A stretch of DNA of 36,919 nucleotides. It comes from a virus. The DNA is taken from IMG/VR virus record IMGVR_UViG_3300045988_093873; one strand, written 5' to 3'. Numbering within the stretch: the first letter of the stretch is position 1; every line of letters starts with the position of its first letter. Of this stretch, positions 32,181 through 36,919 are shown piece after piece. Made by a program: the position numbers and the translations under genes. The notes beneath the pieces are model-generated. The model worked only from the letters and a program-made list of their open reading frames with translations. It did not search any database and was not told the origin of the DNA.

Positions 32181-32926
32181 TACAATGATCCCCTCCTGTA
32201 AACAATGTCCAGTGTTCCTGATCCGGCAAATTCAAGTGTTACGTCAGATCCGTATACAACAATATCTGGAAAGCGATTTCTCCCCAGTGTCAGAGTGTAG
32301 GTTTCTCCGCACGCTGTCACCTTTAGTCCTGTTGATCCAATACTTTTTACATTCAGCACCGGAACGATTGCTACATCTCCAGAATATACTGTATATGATC
32401 CTGATCCAGATATTGTGATCCCGGCTCCCTGATCTATCACTCCAGTTTCGAAGTCGAACGGATCCCAGAGCCATTCCTCCGTTGAGTCAGCAAGCGAATA
32501 TTTATAAGGATCTGCTTTCGGAACGCTTAAATGAAATTGACCGATCTCTCTTGACCGGTCAAAATCTGTTATGTACGCTCTTCCGGTCCAGTAATATACT
32601 GGATCGTTTGAAAATGTTATCCTTATATTTTTACCATGCAGTCTGTTTCGAATATTCGAAATAAAACTGTCCCAGTCTTCGCGTGGCTTCTTACCTCCGA
32701 ACAGAATATCAATTTCCCTTGATTTATATACTGGTCTGCCGGTGATTGCTTCTGATCCATCCAGAAAACCGTCAGCTCCTGGGACATCAATGAAATACGT
32801 CTCTACCTCTGGTTCCCCGATATAATCATTATTGCCAATTGCGCAGCCCCAGTCTGCTAATGTATCTATGACTTTCCCAGAGTTTTCAACAGTGATTGTT
32901 GCTTTTATTGTCAATACATTATTCAT
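32180..32926 (-). CDS. Distal tail protein (Dit)
   Basis: 248-aa ORF directly after the tape measure. The sequence is Sipho_tail-like (FIDVPGADGFLD...YWTGRAYITDFD). Confidence 0.7.
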   Translation of the reverse strand: MNNVLTIKATITVENSGKVIDTLADWGCAIGNNDYIGEPEVETYFIDVPGADGFLDGSEAITGRPVYKSREIDILFGGKKPREDWDSFISNIRNRLHGKNIRITFSNDPVYYWTGRAYITDFDRSREIGQFHLSVPKADPYKYSLADSTEEWLWDPFDFETGVIDQGAGITISGSGSYTVYSGDVAIVPVLNVKSIGSTGLKVTACGETYTLTLGRNRFPDIVVYGSDVTLEFAGSGTLDIVYRRGSL

Positions 32927-35900
32927 CTGTAAGCTGCCTCCTTTGCTATTCTTCCAAGTTCATTATTGATTGCAGGTGCAAGTTTCCCAGCCCATTCTCT
33001 GTTGTCAAAATAGATCTCCTGTCCTGCGCTCATTACCTGGATCAGCTGTGCCAGCATTCCGGTTATTCCGGTTATATCTGTTTTGTTCAGGTTATTAGCT
33101 GGTTTCATTGAACTTGTATCTAACTGCATATCCATCTGGACATCTTTCATTGCGTCAGCAACAAGTCCCTGGCTCTTTTCAATTCCTGTCGCAAGACCTT
33201 TCATAAAGTCCGGCATCCATTCTTCATAGTAATGTAGCGGACCCTCATCCGGTCTTGAGAAATGCAGCCACGATCTGATTGTGTTCGCCACGTTTGATAC
33301 TGCATTCGTTACGTTACCTATGCAGTTCCTGATTCCGTTTGCAATACCATTCACGAAATCCTGCCCCCATCGAACCGCCTGTCCTGGCAATCCCGTTATA
33401 TAACTGATTGCACTAGAAAATCCATTTACAACAGCAGAATATACGCCTGACAGTGCTCCGGATATTCCAGATACAACGCTGTTAAATGTATCAACAGCTC
33501 TGTCTTTCATGTTTCCAGCGTATTGTATAACTGTTTCCTTTACGTTCTGCCACGTTTCGGACGTTCTCTCTCTGATGTTATCCCAGTGCTCTGAGGCTCT
33601 GTCCTTTAAATTCTGGATTGCTTCTGTTGCGCTTTCTTTCAGTTTTTTCGCATTATTAACAACAAATCCTTTGATCGCTGTCCATGCTTTTGCTGCTGCC
33701 TGAGAAGCAGAATCCCAGATTTTTGATACTGTGTCCCGGAATCCTGTAAATAATGTTGTGACTGCGGTAACAAGCCCTTTTGCCAGAGCGGACACAACCT
33801 GCTTAATTCCGGTCCATATTGTTTGCGCTGCGTCTTTGATATTTGTCCAGATATTTGATGCGTCTGTTTTGAGCTTATCAAAGTTTCCTGTTACCAGGTC
33901 AATCAGTAAGATCACCAGTGCAAGAATTGTATTTTTCAACAGTTCCCATGCGCCCTGTGCAATCGTTACAAGTCCCTGCCAGATGTTCTGCAGTGTATTA
34001 ACTGCATTCTGCCATAGTGTTGTGATCGTTGTCACGATTCCGGATATAACCGGATTCTGCATCATTGTTGTCCAGATATTTGTAAAGAAATCTGATACCT
34101 GCTGCCAGATGCCGGACCACCACGCCGGAACACCTGCAAAAAATGTAACAACGTTGTTCCATGCCTGCGGTATTGTTACGGTAAAAAAGTTTACAATTCC
34201 ATCCCATATCTGCATGAAAAAGTCTGATACCTGCTGCCAGATTTCAGACCACCATTCCGGAACTCCTGAGAGAAAATCCATCAGTGTGCTCCACGCCTGC
34301 GGTATTGTATCTGTAAAAAACGATACAATTTTTTGGACGACTGCATTTACTGCATCCCGGAACCATTCGCATTTTGTGTACAGCAATACCAGAGCTGCCA
34401 CAATCGCGGCTATGACAGCAATAACTGGGTTTGCGGCTATTACTCCAAACAGTGCGGTAAAAGCACCTTTTAGCTTTCCAATAATACTCGTTATTGTTGT
34501 TAAAGTTTTCATCTTAGAAAACAGTCCTGTAATTGCAGATATTCCGGTTGCAACCTTTCCAACCATTATCAACAACGGACCAATCGCGGCGACTATCAGT
34601 GCAATTGTAGCAACTACTTTCTTCTGTCCTTCACTCATTCCATTGAGCTTTTCAACAAACCCTTGAATAACCTCTACCGCTTTTCTGATATATGGCATCA
34701 GGATTTCTCCGAAGGCAATTGCCAGCTCCTGCAAGGCACTCTGCAAAGTTGTAAGTTGTCCAGAAAGATTATCCTGCATGGTTTCAGCCATGTTTTCAGC
34801 GGATCCTTTGCAATTATCAATATTTTTTATAAGTTTCTGGTAATCTTCATCTGATGAATTGATTATTGCGAGCATGCCGCTCATGGCTTCTTTTCCAAAG
34901 ATAGCTGTCGCTGCCTGCGTCTGCTCTGCTTCTGTCATTCCTCCCATGGTTTCGCGTAAAAAATCCATGGTTTCACGCAGTGTTTTCATGCTGCCATCTT
35001 CGTTCTGCAGTGCTTTATTGTACAGTCTTACATTTTCTGTGGTTCCCTCCTGCAACTGAGTCAGTGTTTCGTTTGCAGTCGCAAGCTCTGTTTGCTTTAT
35101 TTCCAACGTTGCGGCAGCGTTTGAGGCTTCTGTTGACTCAGATCCGTACTTTGATACCGCATCATTGTAAGCCTGCTGTGCTTTATCTGCTGCCAGTGAA
35201 GCTTTTTGCACTCTGAGCATTTGCTTGTCAATTTTAGCTTGATCTATAGACGTAGCCGATTCTGTTGCGTAGAATCCCCACTTTTCCATTGCGTCTCCAA
35301 CATCTTTTGACGGTTTTATCATGTTTGTCAGGGATGATCTCAACTGCGTTCCGGCTGACGACGCTTTGATTCCGCTGTTCGCCATAAGGCCGATAGCGAC
35401 TGCTGCATCTTCTGCGCTATATCCAAGTGCACCTGCTACCGGTGCAATATACTTGAATGTTTCTCCCATCATTCCAACGTTCGTATTAGCGCTGGATGAT
35501 GCCTGTGCCAATACATCCGCAAAATGAGAACTATCTTCTGCCTCCATTCCGAAGGCTGTGAGTGCGTCTGTAACAATATCTGACGTAGTTGCAAGGTCTT
35601 CTCCAGATGCTGCCGCAAGATTCATAATTCCAGGGAGGCCGTCGTACATCTGCTGTGCGTCCCATCCGGCCATTGCCATGTATCCCATGGCGTCTCCGGC
35701 TTCTTTTGCAGAGAATTTTGTCTGTGCTCCCATCTCTCTTGCACGTTCTCGCAACTTATCCATGTCTTCCGCAGATGATCCGGATATTGCGGCCACATTG
35801 GACATGGAGCTGTCAAAATCTGCCGCAGTCTTTACTGCCGCTGTTCCAAGTCCTGTCACTGCCGCCGTAACCGGAAGCATTTTTTCTCCGGCAGATGTCA

Positions 35901-36633
35901 GTGACTCCCCTATTTTCCCGGATGTTTCAGAAATCTCGGCCAGTTTTGCGGATCCTGATCCAACTTCATTCTCAAGTGATTGCAGGCTCTGTTCCGTTTC
36001 TATGATTGTCCTTTTCAGAGCGTCATATTGTTCCTGGGATACTTTTCCCTCCTGGAATTTCTGCTGTACTTCCCCTTCTTCGTTTTTCAGAAGTTCCAGC
36101 TTTTCTTTTGTGTTTCCGATTTCATCAGACAGTGCTCTCTGTTTCTGCTGTAACAGTTCCGTATTCGTAGGATCCAGTTTCAGCAACTTATCAATTTCTT
36201 TGAGTTCTGTCTGTGTAGTATTTATTTTTGCATTCAGACCATCAAGCGACTGCTGCATCTGAGTAGGTGCATTCTTCGCTTCATTTTCCAGAGACTTCAA
36301 ACTCTCCTCGGTTGCAATGATTTCTCTTTTCAGAGCGTCATACTGTTCCTGGGAGATTTTTCCCTCTGCAAACTGCTGCTGTGCCTGCTGTTCTGCAGTC
36401 TTTAAGGTTTCCAGCTTTTCTTTCGTGCTTTCGATTTCGTCAGCAAGCGCTTTCTGTTTCTGCTGTAATAATTCCACATTTGTAGGATCCAGTTTCAGCA
36501 GATTGTTTATATCTTTCAGCTGTGCCTGTGTGGTCTTTATCTGTGAATTTACATTTTTAAGTGAATTTTGTAGTCCTGTGGTATCGCCGCCAATTTCAAT
36601 CGTAAGTCCCCTTATGTCGCGGCCTTTGGACAA
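32923..36633 (-). CDS. Tape measure protein
   Basis: 1236 aa. TTG start at 36633 lies 8 nt after GGAGGTG. The N-terminal coiled-coil segment is duplicated. A central tape-measure core (AKEAGDAMGYMAMAGW) and W-rich membrane-like repeats are present. Confidence 0.9.
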   Translation of the reverse strand: MSKGRDIRGLTIEIGGDTTGLQNSLKNVNSQIKTTQAQLKDINNLLKLDPTNVELLQQKQKALADEIESTKEKLETLKTAEQQAQQQFAEGKISQEQYDALKREIIATEESLKSLENEAKNAPTQMQQSLDGLNAKINTTQTELKEIDKLLKLDPTNTELLQQKQRALSDEIGNTKEKLELLKNEEGEVQQKFQEGKVSQEQYDALKRTIIETEQSLQSLENEVGSGSAKLAEISETSGKIGESLTSAGEKMLPVTAAVTGLGTAAVKTAADFDSSMSNVAAISGSSAEDMDKLRERAREMGAQTKFSAKEAGDAMGYMAMAGWDAQQMYDGLPGIMNLAAASGEDLATTSDIVTDALTAFGMEAEDSSHFADVLAQASSSANTNVGMMGETFKYIAPVAGALGYSAEDAAVAIGLMANSGIKASSAGTQLRSSLTNMIKPSKDVGDAMEKWGFYATESATSIDQAKIDKQMLRVQKASLAADKAQQAYNDAVSKYGSESTEASNAAATLEIKQTELATANETLTQLQEGTTENVRLYNKALQNEDGSMKTLRETMDFLRETMGGMTEAEQTQAATAIFGKEAMSGMLAIINSSDEDYQKLIKNIDNCKGSAENMAETMQDNLSGQLTTLQSALQELAIAFGEILMPYIRKAVEVIQGFVEKLNGMSEGQKKVVATIALIVAAIGPLLIMVGKVATGISAITGLFSKMKTLTTITSIIGKLKGAFTALFGVIAANPVIAVIAAIVAALVLLYTKCEWFRDAVNAVVQKIVSFFTDTIPQAWSTLMDFLSGVPEWWSEIWQQVSDFFMQIWDGIVNFFTVTIPQAWNNVVTFFAGVPAWWSGIWQQVSDFFTNIWTTMMQNPVISGIVTTITTLWQNAVNTLQNIWQGLVTIAQGAWELLKNTILALVILLIDLVTGNFDKLKTDASNIWTNIKDAAQTIWTGIKQVVSALAKGLVTAVTTLFTGFRDTVSKIWDSASQAAAKAWTAIKGFVVNNAKKLKESATEAIQNLKDRASEHWDNIRERTSETWQNVKETVIQYAGNMKDRAVDTFNSVVSGISGALSGVYSAVVNGFSSAISYITGLPGQAVRWGQDFVNGIANGIRNCIGNVTNAVSNVANTIRSWLHFSRPDEGPLHYYEEWMPDFMKGLATGIEKSQGLVADAMKDVQMDMQLDTSSMKPANNLNKTDITGITGMLAQLIQVMSAGQEIYFDNREWAGKLAPAINNELGRIAKEAAYR

Positions 36634-36649
36634 AAATTATCACCTCCGT

Positions 36650-36844
36650 TTAAAATTTATCCATATCCTCCTGAGTTGCCATTTTCGGCCATTTATAGTC
36701 GTCGTTATTTTTTTCCGTAAAAATATCCAGGACAAGACCTACTGTCAGAAGGTCTAAATCCTGGATACTTATTCCAACTTGCGCGCACCTGAGAAGGAAT
36801 AGAGGTGTCGTCATTTCCCGGCTACTTGGTCGAAGTTTTTTTTT
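36650..36844 (-). CDS. -1 frame extension of the tail chaperone (gpT-like part of the G-T fusion)
   Basis: I translated it by hand as LRPSSREMTTPLFLLRCAQVGISIQDLDLLTVGLVLDIFTEKNNDDYKWPKMATQEDMDKF*. It has no initiation codon or RBS of its own. Confidence 0.7.
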   Translation of the reverse strand, partial: KKKLRPSSREMTTPLFLLRCAQVGISIQDLDLLTVGLVLDIFTEKNNDDYKWPKMATQEDMDKF

Positions 36845-36919
36845 GCTTCTGCCTGCGTCTGCTGGTTCAGGTTCCAGAGTTTTACAATCTCCGGGAAAAT
36901 TGTGTAAATCGAAAATGTA
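36811..36919 (-). CDS. Tail assembly chaperone gpG-like, 3' end in the 0 frame (continuation of 1..384 across the junction)
   Basis: The 0 frame reads ...AEAKKNFDQVAGK*, with TGA at 36813-36811. The total is 135 aa. Confidence 0.75.
   Translation of the reverse strand, partial: TFSIYTIFPEIVKLWNLNQQTQAEAKKNFDQVAGK
36835..36919. repeat. Terminal direct overlap, copy 2 (identical to 1-85)
   Basis: Same 85-nt string as 1-85. It lies inside a coding region (tail chaperone), so it is more likely an assembly overlap than a physical phage end. Confidence 0.95.

Noticed and set aside
33731-34666. A 311-aa plus-strand ORF (and also 35558-36262 at 234 aa and 36317-36757 at 146 aa) antisense to the tape measure gene.
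   Set aside because: These ORFs lie wholly inside the 1236-aa minus-strand tape measure gene. Their products are low-complexity Cys/Ser/Phe-rich sequences, they have no RBS, and long antisense ORFs are expected opposite a long repetitive gene.
35900-36620. Periodic repeats in the tape measure 5' region (and in Tal at 29870-30300) considered as a CRISPR-like or satellite array.
   Set aside because: The repeats are about 315 nt long, diverged, in frame and encode duplicated coiled-coil segments. There is no short repeat/spacer structure.
1-36919. Searched by eye for tRNA genes, rRNA, CRISPR arrays and IS/transposase genes.
   Set aside because: I found none. The non-coding gaps are short and are accounted for by promoters, hairpins or the DGR TR. 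No transposase-like ORF or terminal inverted repeats were found, apart from the recombinase stump.

Overview
The window is a complete, circularly permuted tailed-phage genome of about 36.83 kb. Bases 1-85 are identical to 36835-36919, so the break point is arbitrary, and it falls inside the tail-chaperone gene. The gene order is siphovirus-like. AGGAGG-type ribosome-binding sites and an XhlA/holin/GH25 lysis cassette point to a Firmicutes (Clostridia-like) host.

Almost all genes are on the minus strand.
- Early/replication block (19361 down to 8445): DUF2829 protein, free-standing HNH homing endonuclease, HUH rolling-circle Rep, RNase H-like protein, ParA/ParB, SSB, ASCH protein and a RinA-like activator.
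- Packaging and head: HNH, TerS, TerL, portal, ClpP-type protease, and an HK97-type capsid protein with a fused C-terminal Ig/cadherin-like domain.
- Neck and tail: connectors, major tail protein, G/GT chaperone with an A_AAA_AAC -1 frameshift at the window junction, tape measure, Dit, and Tal with a Peptidase_S74-like chaperone domain.
- Tail fibre, then lysis: XkdX-like protein, XhlA-like protein, holin and a three-domain endolysin.

A short plus-strand lysogeny block (19520-21248) holds an XRE repressor behind a four-operator divergent switch and a secreted moron. It also holds only the C-terminal stump of a large serine recombinase, followed by an attP-like palindrome.

The strongest signal is a compact diversity-generating retroelement (DGR). 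A 101-nt template repeat (25516-25616) and a 101-nt variable repeat (25767-25867, in the 3' end of the 767-aa fibre gene) differ at 12 positions, and all 12 are template adenines. A reverse transcriptase with the LSIGSYLSQ motif lies next to them. No Avd-like accessory gene is visible, and a GC hairpin sits just after the target stop codon.

The second theme is a decayed integrase alongside ParA/ParB and an HUH Rep, which suggests an extrachromosomal (phage-plasmid) lifestyle. All functional calls come from motif recognition by eye; no database search was run.
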